From assembly GCF_009914755.1 (NCBI RefSeq), contig NC_060942.1: 64,000 nucleotides of DNA; one strand, written 5' to 3'. Both the position numbers and the translations under genes were made by a program. The notes under the pieces were generated by a model that saw nothing but the letters and a program-made list of their open reading frames with translations, was not told where the DNA came from and made no database searches. Positions 46,571-59,689 of the stretch are shown here, piece after piece; position 1 is the first letter of the stretch, and the number at the start of each line of letters is the position of its first letter. Source of the stretch: the human T2T-CHM13v2.0 reference genome, Homo sapiens.

Positions 46571-46719
46571 GACAAATAATATGCATTTGATAAATATTTA
46601 TTAAACTATAATCACCTTAATCTTCAGCTCGTTCATACATTCATTCATTCAAAAATATGTATTGAAGTTCCACTTCCCTGTTCGTCAGATCTTTTTCTTA
46701 CTATGATATACAGAAGACA

Positions 46720-46997
46720 GGCCAGGCACAGTCGCTCATGCCTATAATCCCAGCACTTTGGGAGGTCAAGGCAGGAGGGTGGCTTGAGCCCAAGAGTTTG
46801 AGACCAGCCTGGACAATATGGCAAAATCCCATCTCTAATAAAAATAGAAAAATTAGCTGGGCATGGTGGTGCACACCTATGGTCCCAGCTACTTAGGAGG
46901 CCGAGGTGGGAGGATCACCTCAGCCCAGGAGGCAGAGGTTGCAGTGAGCCAAGATCATCCCACTGCATTCCAGTCTCAGAATCATAGTGAGACCCTA

Positions 46998-47029
<32 letters not shown>
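46720..47029 (+). mobile_element. AluJ with A29 tail
   Basis: Diverged Alu dimer and long poly(A). Confidence 0.9.
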
Positions 47030-47033
<4 letters not shown>

Positions 47034-48295
47034 ATGCCCAGGTCTCAGAGATGACCCTCCAATAGTAACCTTAGGTTCCGTTATTGTTTGCTTGAGTGTC
47101 TGACATTTTACAATTGTCATAATGAAACATTTGAACATCTTATAGCTGTCACCAAAATTCATCTTAGAGAGGAAATGGTCCTCTTTGAGAAAATATCTTT
47201 GGAAGGTAGAAGGTGAGCAGAGACCCAGGCTCAGCAGGAGACCAAGCAAACAGAGAATGATTCAATAGCTCCAAAGAGACAAATGGGGAGATGGAGAGAT
47301 GAGAAAAGGAAGGCCAAGAGGGAAGAGGTGGAAGAGAGAGGCCAGAGAGGTAGGGTAAGGCCAAAGTCATGAGGAGTGTCCACACCAGAAACTTGGCTGG
47401 TGGCTGGGCTGTCTCTTTTTCAGGATGTCTGAAGTGGTCTCAATCCCTTTCCCACTGCTTCCCACTACACTCTGGGACACACTACACCATCACAGATATC
47501 AAGGAAAGTGCTGCATCTAATATCTGGATGGTCAACAAATATAAAACAGAAACATGCCCAAAAGCAGGAGTCTGAAGGCAGTGGAGTCATGGAAACACCA
47601 GTCCCTAGGGATTTGCAGAAATCATGGGGAAGGCTTTGGGCTTTTCCAAGATGTGGATCTGGGGACTCCAAGCAATGTTAACTACATTTCATGGGGCAAA
47701 CAGGCTCAAGCCCGGTATTTTGCACATAAATGCAAACAACTTTTGATATAATTCTGTCTTAAATACACTCAAGGAGATTGGCATTGAATGAAGTTTGTTT
47801 TTTTTTTTTCTTTACAAATGGGTAATTAGTACTCAGATGCCCTCAGTGTGACTTTGGACATTGATAGAGCTGCCTTGCTTAGAGAAAGGCAGGTCGCATA
47901 GCCATGAGATCTGCTTCCATTATGAGTGTGTCTCAAACCCACCTGTCCCAGGCAGCTCCAGCCCTTAAGGCAGGTAGCTCCGGCCCTCAGGGGCCCTCTG
48001 TCCTCCTGCGGAAGCTCCAGAATCCTCTTTCCATGTCATTGTACACCTTCATACACTGTCAATTCAGCATGCCACTCAACTTGATCTTGATCTGGGCTCT
48101 AAGCCCCTGCTGTGAGCCCACCTACTCCCTGGGTCAGATAGCTACTCCTGCCAGCCACCCACAGGTCTCCTGATTCTCATGTGCCCTCAACACTGCCCAA
48201 AGGCGTGCCCAGGGTGGCCATGGGCTCTTCACAATACCTGGCAGCTCTGCACATTGGGCTGTGCTGCTGTCAGCCCAGTGTGGCACAATCCCCAT

Positions 48296-48362
48296 AAACA
48301 CACACAAAAACACATATGCGCACACACACACACACTAACACACACACACAGCCACAGCCACA
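48296..48362. repeat. Imperfect (CA)n microsatellite
   Basis: cacacacacacacactaacacacacacacagccacagccaca. Confidence 0.85.
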
Positions 48363-48374
48363 GAGTCTTTGCTA

Positions 48375-48399
48375 GGTGAACCATTTGACTGGTTTTATT
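48375..48399 (-). terminator. Candidate distal ST8SIA5 poly(A) site
   Basis: Minus-strand AATAAA at 48394-48399 followed by a long UG-rich tract (plus-strand CA repeat 48296-48362). [10 protein letters not shown] with my recollection of a very long ST8SIA5 3' UTR. Confidence 0.55.
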
Positions 48400-50341
48400 A
48401 GATAGAAATTGAGGGCCGTTCAAACACAGTGACAGATACAAAGTACCCTGATGATGTTTTTAGGCATAGCATCACAGTCATCACTTCAGAATCACTACTC
48501 AAGGACAGCCACACACAAGCTGGAATTATGCTACAGGAGTTTGTATAAACCACTGCTCCCAGAACAAAATTTGCATAAAAATAAGATCAGGCCTGCAGCC
48601 CCCATGTCCCCAAACTGTCTTTGAATGGCACAGCCTTTCTCTCCAGGGCCAGGGGAGGGAGAAAATCAGCAGAGCAAGCAAGGGGCTTTTCATATAGATG
48701 GTGTTTCTCCACATCCCAGCAAAGGACATCTCAGGCCTCCCTTCTCTTCTCCATCGGGAAAGGCTCCACGGAGCGCAGTGCAGCGTGACTTGGCTCTTTG
48801 AGAGGAAAGCAAGGGAGGGAAGGGAGGCATGCCACGTGGCCGCTTTTTCTTCATACGCAGGAGGCCACTCAGAAATGAGCCGGTGCACCAGCCACTCAGA
48901 GAGAGACCCGGCTGCCTTCATGCAGGCTCCTGGGCAGGGGTGCCAGGAAACTGACACCACGCCTGGGCTGAAGCCACTCCCAGGCACAGCCACAGGCACC
49001 TGGCTCCAGGGCAAAAGGTTTCCACAGCTCCCATGCTGACTCCAGCATCTGTCCTGGCTTTACTTGGGGAGGGAAGTGGCGGGGGATTGGTTCCAAACTG
49101 TACCATTGAACAATCCATTGTATGCTTATTGAGATACAGTGTTAATTTTTAAGAAAATACATAGACAAATGCATATATTTCAAAGTTCAAACAATACTGT
49201 ATTGAAGAAGAGTTATGGCTCTCTGATGGGAGGCGAGTCGGTTCCAGAAAGGGAAGCTGCAGGCCACCAAGACCCTGCCAGGTCCCTAAATTGTATGTGC
49301 AGAGTGTGGGAGCCCCAGGGGGCACCAGCTGCCCCATAAAGTGATCTTGAGCAGAGGGACTTGCCCAGAAGCTAGCCACAGTGAGGGCCAGACGTCCCAC
49401 TGGAGAAGAGTACAGGACGATGGGCTCGGGAGTCCGGGGTAGTCTGGCAGGAGCTGCCACTTGGGACCCCTCCAGCTGCCTCCCACATGGCCAGAGCAGC
49501 AGGGGGCCAGCACCATGGTCCCTGACCCCAGCTTGCCCCGCTCTCCTGCTTTGCTCAGGCCTGTGGCCTTGGGTGACTCTGCCAGATACAACTGCCTCCC
49601 TTCTGTCCCACTAGGTTCAGCCACCCAAGGCTGCTGGTTCGGGTGCCCTGAGCTTGGCCCCCAAAGAGGAATGAATACGAACAGGTCCCTCCACACAGGT
49701 GCTGGGCAGGGCATGAGGCCAGGGTGAAGCCCAGGCCTGGAGCAGACTCCAGATCAGCCTAACAACTTCAGAGGGGAGAAAAAGGTGCCCTAGAGGGCTA
49801 GAGCGGGACACTGGCCACCGTCCCCTGCCCTCCAGTTCCTCCCACCTTGAGGAAGCCTTGGCACCCAAAAGGAGATGTCCATCACCCACCATGGGTGCCC
49901 TGGGCACACCACGCTATCTTTCTGGGCCTCGGCAAGGAGGGTTGCTACTCTCTGCCCTGTCCTCCTTGCAGGAACGCAGCGAAGTCCAGTAAGAAAATGG
50001 ATGGTGAAGGTGTGGAGAAAGTAAAAGTGTCACTTTCCCCCAGAAATGGTCATCTTTTTAAATTCACCAAAAAACACCCAGGCCTGAGTCACTGCAGAGC
50101 CAGCACACCCCTAGCTGAAGTCCTGACCCTCCTGCCCCACACAATAAGGACAACACAAGCAGAATCAGAGGTGCAGAAAGAGGATGATCAGCCACACCAT
50201 CACTCACACTGCAAAGTCCCTTGGAGATGGGAAGGTGGAAGGGGCTTGTCCCCCCACCACCTGCCCTTTTTTCTTAGGAGAGAGGTAGCAGGAGAGTCTC
50301 CAATGTCAGGGGGAAAATGTTAAGTTCAAAAGAGTGAGTTT

Positions 50342-50661
<320 letters not shown>

Positions 50662-50999
50662 TCATCATCAGATCATCAACCGTTTCATTTATGTGAACTT
50701 CCAGGTCACTGAGCATTTATCTTTTAAGCACCAAGACTTTTGTGAAAGTATTTTAAGTGTTTGGGGATGGAAATAATTCTAAAGTGGATAAAACGCAGCC
50801 CTGCCTTCTTAGACAGTGTATTGAACATTGTTGGAACGCTTTTTTACCTCTGCATGTCCTGGATGTCACAGGGTGAACTGAGCTGAAATGCTGTGTTGCT
50901 CCCGGGGTTATTATAACATATTCTCCCTCTCTTCCCCACTAAACGACCAACGACCTCAGGCTACTTGATGGTTCCTGAGATATGTATTTAGTTTTGGTC

Positions 51000-51283
51000 T
51001 TTTTTAATTATTATTTTGAGACAGGGTCTGGCTCTGTCACCCAGGCTGGAGTGTAGTGGTATGATCTCAGCTCACTGCAACCTCTGCCTCCTGGGCTCAA
51101 GCCAGTCTCCCACCTCAACCTCTTGAGTAGCTGGGACTGACTACAGGTGTGCTTTTGTATTCTTTATTGAGACAGGGTTTTGCCATGTTGCCCAGGTTGG
51201 TCGTCAACTCTTGAGCTCAAGCGATCTCCCGCCTCAGCCTCCCAAAATGCTGGGATTACAGATGTGAGCCACCATGCCTGGAC
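51000..51283 (-). mobile_element. AluJ (antisense), central deletion
   Basis: ttttgagacagggtct...cctcctgggctcaagc...gtgagccaccatgcctgg. Confidence 0.9.
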
Positions 51284-52461
51284 ATATTTTCTTATCCTTA
51301 ATGTAGTGTTTTTTTTTTTCCAAAGACAAGCTGTCGTTGAACAAGTAAACTAGTTTTGGTCTTCTTAATGCCATCACAATTTAGGCTATTAGCTGCCACT
51401 TCTTGCTTTATCTAGCACATGTCATCATTCTCTTAGTTTGCTTTGTCATTAGAAATCAGAACCAAGTTCACTAGAACTGAATTTAAAATCAAAGCAAATG
51501 CCGTGAGATATGTGATATTAGCAAAATGGTTGGCCCTTGATACGCAGCTTTATAGCATCTATTTTCAGGGGCTCAAAATTATTTTCCTTCAACTGAGTCC
51601 TCAGTTACCTGGGGGCTGAGTGAATTTGCTGGGTTCGATCCTAGGAAGTGAGTTGTGTTTTCACCCTGCCTCAGTAAAACAGTAGCCATTTCCACTTTTA
51701 ATAAGTCTTTGAGATCTCCAGAGGCTCTTGTCAACTTTGTCGCTGAATGTGGAATTCTGAGCTCTCATGGGGGTTGAAGTTGCCCACGTTGTGGGGGCAT
51801 CTTTGGAGGAGGGAGACTAGATTGAGGCAGAAACCAGGTACTAACTCTCTGGTTTCAGCTCAAGCCTGTTCCAAAGTATGATAGAAAAGGAAATGCATAA
51901 AGAAGTGAGGCTCTAACCCTAGCTCCTGGGCTCACGGCAGTCCTGGTGCTGTGTGTTTCCTCATTGCTACCTTCCATGTTTGTGCACAGATGTGGAGGTG
52001 GGCAGAGGGCTGGGTCTGCATCAGAAAACCAGGCTTTCCCCCAGGTGGACCAGACAGGTCCTCCCCATGCTAGAGGGCCAAGTGTGTGGTACTCAGATCC
52101 TACCCAGCGCCGGTCACAAGGTGACCCTCACCCAGGCACAGGCTGAACCTATTGCTGCAGATCCACCAACCCCTTAGCTCAGATCACTAAATGCATCCTA
52201 ATCTTAGGCACAGATAAATTCTTAATTCAGGCAGACTCTGAGGCTCCTAGCCCCGGGAGAAGAAATCTATGTTACTTTGCTTTAAAAATATGTCATAATA
52301 TTTATCTGAATGCTAAAATGTTCAGAAAAAGAAAAGCTGGTACCTTTAAGAAGTCTCACGCCTGAGTCAGACTGAGGGAAGGAAGGGTCCACCAACCCCC
52401 AACCAGGAAAAAGAACAGGGCAGCAGAACAGGGCCAATCTCATTAAAGGATCATCTAGAGC

Positions 52462-52990
52462 CATGAGCCTCCAAGTGCAGTCCCTGGACCAGCATTGGCA
52501 TCACCTGGGAACTTGTTAGAGATGCTCCACCCTGGCCTCACCAAATAACTCTGGGGCGGGGCCCATAATCAAGGAGCTCTCCAAGCGATTCTGAGGCAGC
52601 CTCCAGTTTGAGAACTGCTGACCTAGAATAGTGGTTCTCAAGGCTGGCTGCACATTAGAAACATCTGGAGAATTTGTGAAATCCTAATATTCAGGTCACA
52701 TCTCAGACCACCTGACTCAGAATGTCAAGGGGTGGGGTCGCACGAGTATTTCTTAAAGCTCTTCAGACGACTCTAGCGTGCACCAAGGCATAGACTGCCT
52801 GCCTTAGGGTAATGACTCCCAACCATGTGAGACAGAACCACTTAATGAGATCTTTCAAAATAGGGATACCAGGCCCTATCCCCAGGCCTGCTGAATCAGA
52901 TCCTCCGGGAAGTAAAGGACCTGGCTTGGGGATTATTTTATAAAGACTTCCAGGTGATTCCTATGTACACACAAGGTTGCAAATGGCAAT
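52462..52990. mobile_element. Three adjacent MER5-family hAT MITEs
   Basis: Units at about 52462-52620, 52629-52801 and 52810-52990, each with MER5 motifs (catcacctgggaacttgttaga; tagtggttctcaa; tgaatcaga...ccaggtgattc). Confidence 0.65.
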
Positions 52991-53489
52991 TCTAGAGAAA
53001 ACAGAACTTTTACCCCAAAGCTGAGCAGATCATTTAGTTGAAGGAAATGAGAGATTTGTTGCCATGGGAACCATCTTCAACTGAAGAGAGAGTCACTGAT
53101 TTCTGGCTTTTGTGGCCAACAGCTAAGTCATGGAAGTGTATGTTTTTGCTTTTGGTTTTTTTCCTTTGAAATAAAAAAAAAAAAAAAGAAAGGTTCTCAG
53201 AAGAGACTGTGCAGGGGAAAATACCTAAAGACTTCTAAAAGATCAGCAAGGCTATTGTCTCTCAGGACATGCTGGCCAGGACAGTGGAGCCCAGGTGGCA
53301 GAGCAAGGCCAGGTCTGCACTCTCCCTCAGCAAGGGGCCAAGGTCTCAGGAAGCCAGGGGCCAACGACCAGCCCAGGACAACTGCCCAAGGCAAAAACAA
53401 AAACAAAAATCAGATTTCTGCTTTAGGGACACCCAAAACAGTTAATGTCATTTGAGAGCTGCTTGCACCTAAGTGATTCTAAAAAGTCT

Positions 53490-53810
53490 CTGGTATACTA
53501 TACTAAGTGAAATAAGCCAGTCATCAGAAAGACAAATATTATATGATTCTACTTATATGAGGGACCTAGAGCAGTAAAATTCATAGAGAAAGAAAGTAGA
53601 ATTGCGATTGCCAGGGGCTGGGGAAGGGGGAAGTGAAGACTTGTCATTTAATGGGTTTAAAGTTTTCATTTTGCAAGATGAGAAGAGTTCCAGAGACAGA
53701 ATATACAACAGTGTGAATGTACTTACCATTACTGAACTGTACACTTAAAAATGGTTAAGATGATAAATTCTATGTTATGTGTATTTTACCATAATTACAA
53801 ATGAAAAAGA
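53490..53810 (+). mobile_element. L1MB-type 3' UTR fragment
   Basis: ctaagtgaaataagccagtca...gacaaatattatatgattctacttatatga...actgaactgtacacttaaaaatggttaaga. Confidence 0.8.
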
Positions 53811-54168
53811 AATCTTTGTTTGTGTTAAAGCAAAACCAATTTTGTAAATGTTAGATTCCCGAGCACTTGACTTTTGTTGCTAGGTACATAGTGGGTTATA
53901 TATTATATTTGTATGTACAGAAAAGGCAGAAGTTGGGTTGTGTGCCAAATTCTTCTTTTCATTCTTTTCCTACTCAAGGCTCCAGTCTGAATTTCAAGCC
54001 ATACATGGCCACTCAACTGGTGGCAACTTCTGAACCACAAGCAGTTGTATGCTCAGGGAACAGATAGGGCCTCACACATGCTGATTCCCAGGCGCCACCT
54101 CTCCCCCAGGTTCTCAGTCCATAGTTTTAACAAGCACCCAGGTGATTCTGATGCAGGCCATCAGAAGG

Positions 54169-54344
54169 CCATCCTACAGGGCATCCTAATAAACCCATGT
54201 GATCTTCAAAGGGTAGACTGTAGATCTATACTGTAGATCTATACTGTAGGTCTATCCAGTCTACCCTTTGAAGATCACACTGTAGATCTATCCAGTCTAC
54301 CCTTTGAAGATCACACTGGTTTATTAGGATGCCCCGTAGGATGG
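54169..54344. repeat. Inverted repeat (52-bp arms, 49/52 identical) enclosing tandem duplications
   Basis: 54169-54220 versus the reverse complement of 54293-54344. Internal 13-mer x3 and 36-mer x2. Confidence 0.95.
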
Positions 54345-56321
54345 AATCAGCCTCCACAGACTGGCCTCGTTTGACTAGACCTCTAAACAATAGCACAAGG
54401 CACACCCTGGCCACTGGTGCACCCCTCGCCTGGCCTCACCTGACCCCTGAGCCACAGTTAGCCTCTTCCCAGAGGGTGCTCTGGTTACAGGGAGGAGACT
54501 AGGTCAGGGCGTGTGTTGAGCTCAGAGAAGCAGCACCTTTTTTCCCCCAGGAAACAACCCCATGCTCCTGGTCTTCCCCTTCGCATCTGGAGCAGACATC
54601 CTGCAAAGCTCAGCTCACCTGTTTCCCAGCCAAAGCATTCAGCATGTTCCTCTAGTTTTTTAAACACCATTGATAAATCCCTCTTACATTGCTTCCCAGG
54701 CTGCACCTCAGCCACAGTGATGTAAGAGCCTGACATGTTTGTGTGGCTTTGAGGAAGGGAAGAAGTAGACAACAAGAAACACAGAAAATGTCTCTCCCTT
54801 CTTTCATTTAAACTAGAGGAAAAAGGATTGGCTAGCCAGCAAAAAGCAGATGAGCAGGATTATAATGAGGGAAAACAAAAAGAGGCTAGCCAAGCCCATA
54901 AGCCCCCACTAGACAGACATTTCAGCCTCCTGAGCCCCGAGCTCCCCTGGACAGGCAGGAGGAGTCTCTGCCTTCCTGGGATGTGCTAGGTAAAAAAATC
55001 AATAGAGGACTCTCCTCAGCTGACAATTTCCCCAAGGTGTTACTCAGTTTATTAGCGGGGTATCCTGAACTGCTGGAGTCCCCCAGGAACCAGAGACCTC
55101 ATTACTGTAGTAAACATGTGTTGAGTGGCCATGGCATGTGCTTCCCCGCCAGTGCTGGCAATACAAAATGAGCTTAGATATCGTGTCTTCCCTTGGGGAG
55201 AAGGCAAACCTTCTATCAAGGACACACGGGCCCTTATGCTGTGTGCTGTGAGGATGTCCTAATGGAGTCGGTGATGGTTGCAGCAGAAGCACAGAGGAGA
55301 GAGTGCCCAGCCCAGGTCTCTAGAGGGGAGGATGCAGGGGGCCATTACCTGACTTCTGCAAAAGTGGCCAGATAAAAGGAAGGAGAGAGGAACTTAGGAG
55401 TGTGAGGGCCATTCCAGGTGTTTGAACAGAGTGTGCAAAGGTGCCTGGAATAGTATGGGATAGGGCAGGGAGGTGGCAGGAGGATCTCTGGGAAGGTGAG
55501 TAAGCCAGCTTGGGACATTCCCTGCATGACTTGGTAAAGAACCTGAAGTTTATGATACAGGTAGGCAATGGGCCCCACAAAAGGTATTTTTGGAAGGTTA
55601 TTCTCTGAAAGCAAAAAGATCCATCAGATGGTCTGGGTTAGGGCAGTAGCAGAGGGGTTGCAGGGAGGGAATGACTTAAAGGGATGTTTATGAGTTGGAA
55701 TTGACAAGATACAGTGAACAAATAGACATAAAGAGTGAAGGAGAAGGAAGAGGCAAAGGTGATCCAAGTTTTGGGCCAAGGCAACCTGTGCTTGCTAGTG
55801 TCTAGTTTGTGCTGGGCACTGTGCTAGGCATTGTGCAACACTATTTCACTTAGCTTTGCAACAGCTGTTGTGGTTGGTATCCTGTCCTCATTTCAGATGA
55901 TGAGTCCAGAGCCTCCAGGGGCTTCTGGAGCTCCCTCAATTTCACACAGCTACGAAGTAGTAGGAGGAGACTCTGAGTTCAGATTGTTCTTTTAACTATA
56001 CCAGTTGAGGACATGTTGAGGTCTGAGATGCTGTGCAGACACAGACATGCAGGAGGCCACAGTGAGCATGCTTCCAATGCTCCTAGGGAGGACTGGCCTG
56101 CAGGTAGAGGGGTTAAGATGCCAGGGCAGAAGATACTTAAGGCTTTGAATAGATGAGATTTCTGCAGGAATGCTCCTAGGAAGAGAAGAGAACCCTGAGG
56201 AAGCTTCACGGAAGATGAATCCACAAAGGAACCTGAGAAGGAGCATTCAGAGAGACAGGAGGAAAGTCAGGGAAGAATAGTTAGAAAACAGAAGAGGAGA
56301 GGACTTTAGAAAGACCAGAGA

Positions 56322-56626
56322 GACTGTGCATAGTGGCTCACACCTGTAATCCCAGCACTTTGGGAGGCCAAGGCAGGAGGATTGCTTGAGCTCAGGAGTT
56401 CGAGACTAGCCTCGTCAACATAGCAAAACCCCGTTTCTACAAAAAAAAAAAAATTTTCAAATTAGCTGGGAGCAATGGCACGTGCCTGTGGTCCTAGCTA
56501 CTTGGGAAGCTGAGGTGGGAGGATCACTTGAACCCAGGTGTCGAGGCTGCAGTGAGCCATATTTATATCACCACCCTCTAGCCTGGGTGACAGAGGGAGA
56601 CTCTGTCTCAAACAAACAAACAAAAA
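56322..56626 (+). mobile_element. AluJ inserted in L2
   Basis: TSD aaagaccagagag on both sides. Confidence 0.9.
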
Positions 56627-57844
56627 AGACCAGAGAGGCCAACCTTGTCAAATGTTACACGGATGTCAAGGATGATATCTGAGAAGTATCTGCTGCTTTG
56701 CTCATTACACTTTTTATGCTGCCAACCTTCAGAATTCGGAATTGACTTTGGTCATCCCCTCCTCCACCTCTCCCAGATAACTGTCCCTGAGACTGGATTT
56801 GATAGTGTTCAGCACAACCAGCTCCCACGTACGTTTGTGGGATTCGTCATTTAACGTCTGTATACACACACACCAGACCACAAACTCCCGGAGGGCAGGG
56901 ACGACGTTTTGTTCATCACTAGCTCCCCGGCACCTGGCACCATGCCTGGCACAACATGAGCACTCAATAAATATAATTTATTCACCAATTCACTCACTAA
57001 ATTGGCCAGCACTCTACTCTGCCTCAGTTGTTTCTAAGCACTGCTCTGCTTCCTCCCTGCTCTCAGCAAAGTCAAGGGCGATGAGCACATGCTGTCTCTG
57101 GGCATCAGGTGATTAGTGGGCAGAGCTGCCGCAGCAGCATTGCTGAAATGGTCTCAGACGCTGCCTCTGACCTTGAGCCACCTTTCTTTGTGCTTGGCTA
57201 AGCACTGAGTCATTTACTTGTTTTTGCTGCCTTTCAAGCCTGGAGCAGTGGGTTTAGCACAAAGGAAGACATGATGGTTGTTTTGTTTACGGGAATCGAT
57301 TTCCCTTGAATAATAATTCAATGGGTAGTCTGCACTGCATGGTGGCGTGGTGACAGGGCTGTGGAGGAACATGGCAGAAGGCTTCCAGAGTCAACACCAG
57401 GTCTCTCTGAGCCTTTGAAAAAATGTTTTTCTTATAAACACTGGCTGCAGCAGAAAAACTATATCCTGAAAGTCAGGAGACTGGTGAGTCCCAGTTGAGC
57501 CACAAGCTGGCCATGTAGCCCTGGGCAAGTCATTCGTGTTGTCACTTAACATGTGCTATCTCTGGGCATCTTTCCTCACCTTAAAAATGTGACGATGGCC
57601 TCAGTTCCCCTCCAGTGCCACTGTGGGTAAGTCGCTACTGCTGTAGGCGGCAGGGTTAGGGAGAGGCACCTATAAGCACAGGCTGCTTCCCGGACGATGA
57701 CAGCCTCCTAGAGCATTTGTCCCTGGAGGAGGGCCCCGTACTATCCTGCAGGGGCATCTTGGTCAGGATCCCTCATGTTCTGGTGTCACTGTCTGGGAAG
57801 CTAAGACAGAGGTTTGGAGCACAGACTTTGGGGCTCTACAGATC

Positions 57845-57909
57845 TGGGTGCAGTTCCCTCCATTGGGTGCCGTTCCCTCCATTGGGTGCCGTTCCCTCCA
57901 TTGGGTGCC
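57845..57909. repeat. 19-bp minisatellite GTTCCCTCCATTGGGTGCC x3 inside a MIR
   Basis: Exact copies at 57853-57871, 57872-57890 and 57891-57909. Confidence 0.92.
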
Positions 57910-59689
57910 TGACCAAGGGCAAGTCCTGGAATTGCTTTAAGCCTCTGTCTCCTCATCTGTACAATGGGAGCCTCCTTACCCAAAGGGGTCTCATGATGAT
58001 TACAGGAGATAATATAGGGAAAGTGCTTAACGTAGCTTGATAAATGCTAGCTAGTATAATGAGAAATATTAATTATGGTTTAGATCCATTCATCATGAAT
58101 GTCCCCCCAAAATAAGGACATTGTACAGACGCTGAAGATTTTTACAAAGCTTCTAGTTGTAGAGATGAGGAAACTGAGACATTGAGGGAGAGGAAGGACT
58201 GGCCCTAAGACCCACAGGCAGGAATATGGCCAGCAGCCAGGTGTCCCAACTCCTCTGTGGGCTGGATCCCGATGCTCCAATCCTCAGCTCCTACGAGGGC
58301 CCTGGCTGGGGCAGATTCCAACCTGCAACACCCTCAGCTGTGGGAATCCTGATGTCTGTGTCACCAGGGAGCCTCCCCCAAACACTGCCCATCTGGAACA
58401 TAACTAGTACCCAGAGGGCTTCCAGTAGAGGGCTCTGTCCACAGCAGGCACTCAGTAGAGCCCCAGGCATGACTTGACCCAGTCACATCTTTGCTCTGGG
58501 CCTGTTTCCTAAAGTGGAACAAAATGGTCTTTAAGAACCTTCTAGTTTTTATATTCCATGGTTTCAAGAACTGGGTTCAATTAACCATGCAGTGGCTAGA
58601 AATCTCAGGTAACTGGAATCTTTCCCAGAAATTCCCTCCCTGGGAGAAATAGGCAGAGCTCAAGCAAGTAATAACCATCCACTGTCCTTTGCAGTTCTTC
58701 CTGGTTTAGCAGGTGTTTGGGATCATTTCATCCCCTTGGCTACTCCCCTACATTCCTGACCAGCAGACTGAGACTCAGAGCCACCTGAGGTTTTCCCAAC
58801 CAGGACCAGAGCTCAGAATGCAGGTGAGAGTCAGCACTGAGAACAGTGTTGTGCACAGGGCACAGGTTCCACAACAACCCACCCACAGGAAGCCCAAGCC
58901 AAGACACAAAAGTTTGGCCAAGAACGGAGCCCTGGATCAGGAGCCTGGAGGCCTGGGATAAAGCCTGCACTCTCCACGTCCCTGACTGGCTCAGCCGGGG
59001 GGCCTGTCAAATGAGGTGATTGGATAGCAGATCCCACTCCCTGATAGACTCTTACAGCTCCTAACCCTCCCAGAGCACCCAGCACGTGGGACTGGGTCTA
59101 TAATCTCTGGGCCCTGCACCCCCAGAAGACACAGATAATGCCTTTGTTTATCCTTATGTCTTCCTAAGTCCAACCACAGACCAAAGCAGAATAGGCTTTC
59201 CAGAAATGTTTAAGGGGAGGAAGAAAAGAGGAAGGGAGGGAAGGAGAAAGGGGAGGAGGCAGGGAGAAAGGAAGGAGGGAGGGAGACAGGTTGCCAGGCA
59301 GGTAGGCTGAAGTCCTCCTCCCAGCACTAACATCCTATGATTCCACAAAGCTAAGTTCTAAGGCAGTTAGTTCACCAACAGTGTCTCTTAGACACCATCC
59401 CATTTATGGTGGAAACACCACAGGGAGAAGCAAAGGGAATTAATTTCAGATGTGAAATGATATGTGAACCCCTCTCTGCCTAAGCCCAGCTGACTGCCCC
59501 AAGCCCAGGCCCTGGGGTCTGCTGTGAGAAGTCCCGCCTTCACAGCGGAAGCCTCAGTGATGCTGGTGTCGGAGGCCACAACTCGTTTCTCTCTGCTAAG
59601 CTCACCACCTGACATGTCAGTGCTTTCCAGCCCAGAGCCTATGGTTCCGACTGAGGAACACGATACAGCAGGATTCTGCAGGATTCAGA

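Noticed and set aside
54217-54314. CRISPR-like or prokaryotic repeat array (also 57853-57909)
   Set aside because: The repeats are directly adjacent with no unique spacers, the DNA is human, and there are no cas genes.
54397-54403. miR-124 seed match in the putative long UTR
   Set aside because: A single 7-mer is expected by chance in about 12 kb.
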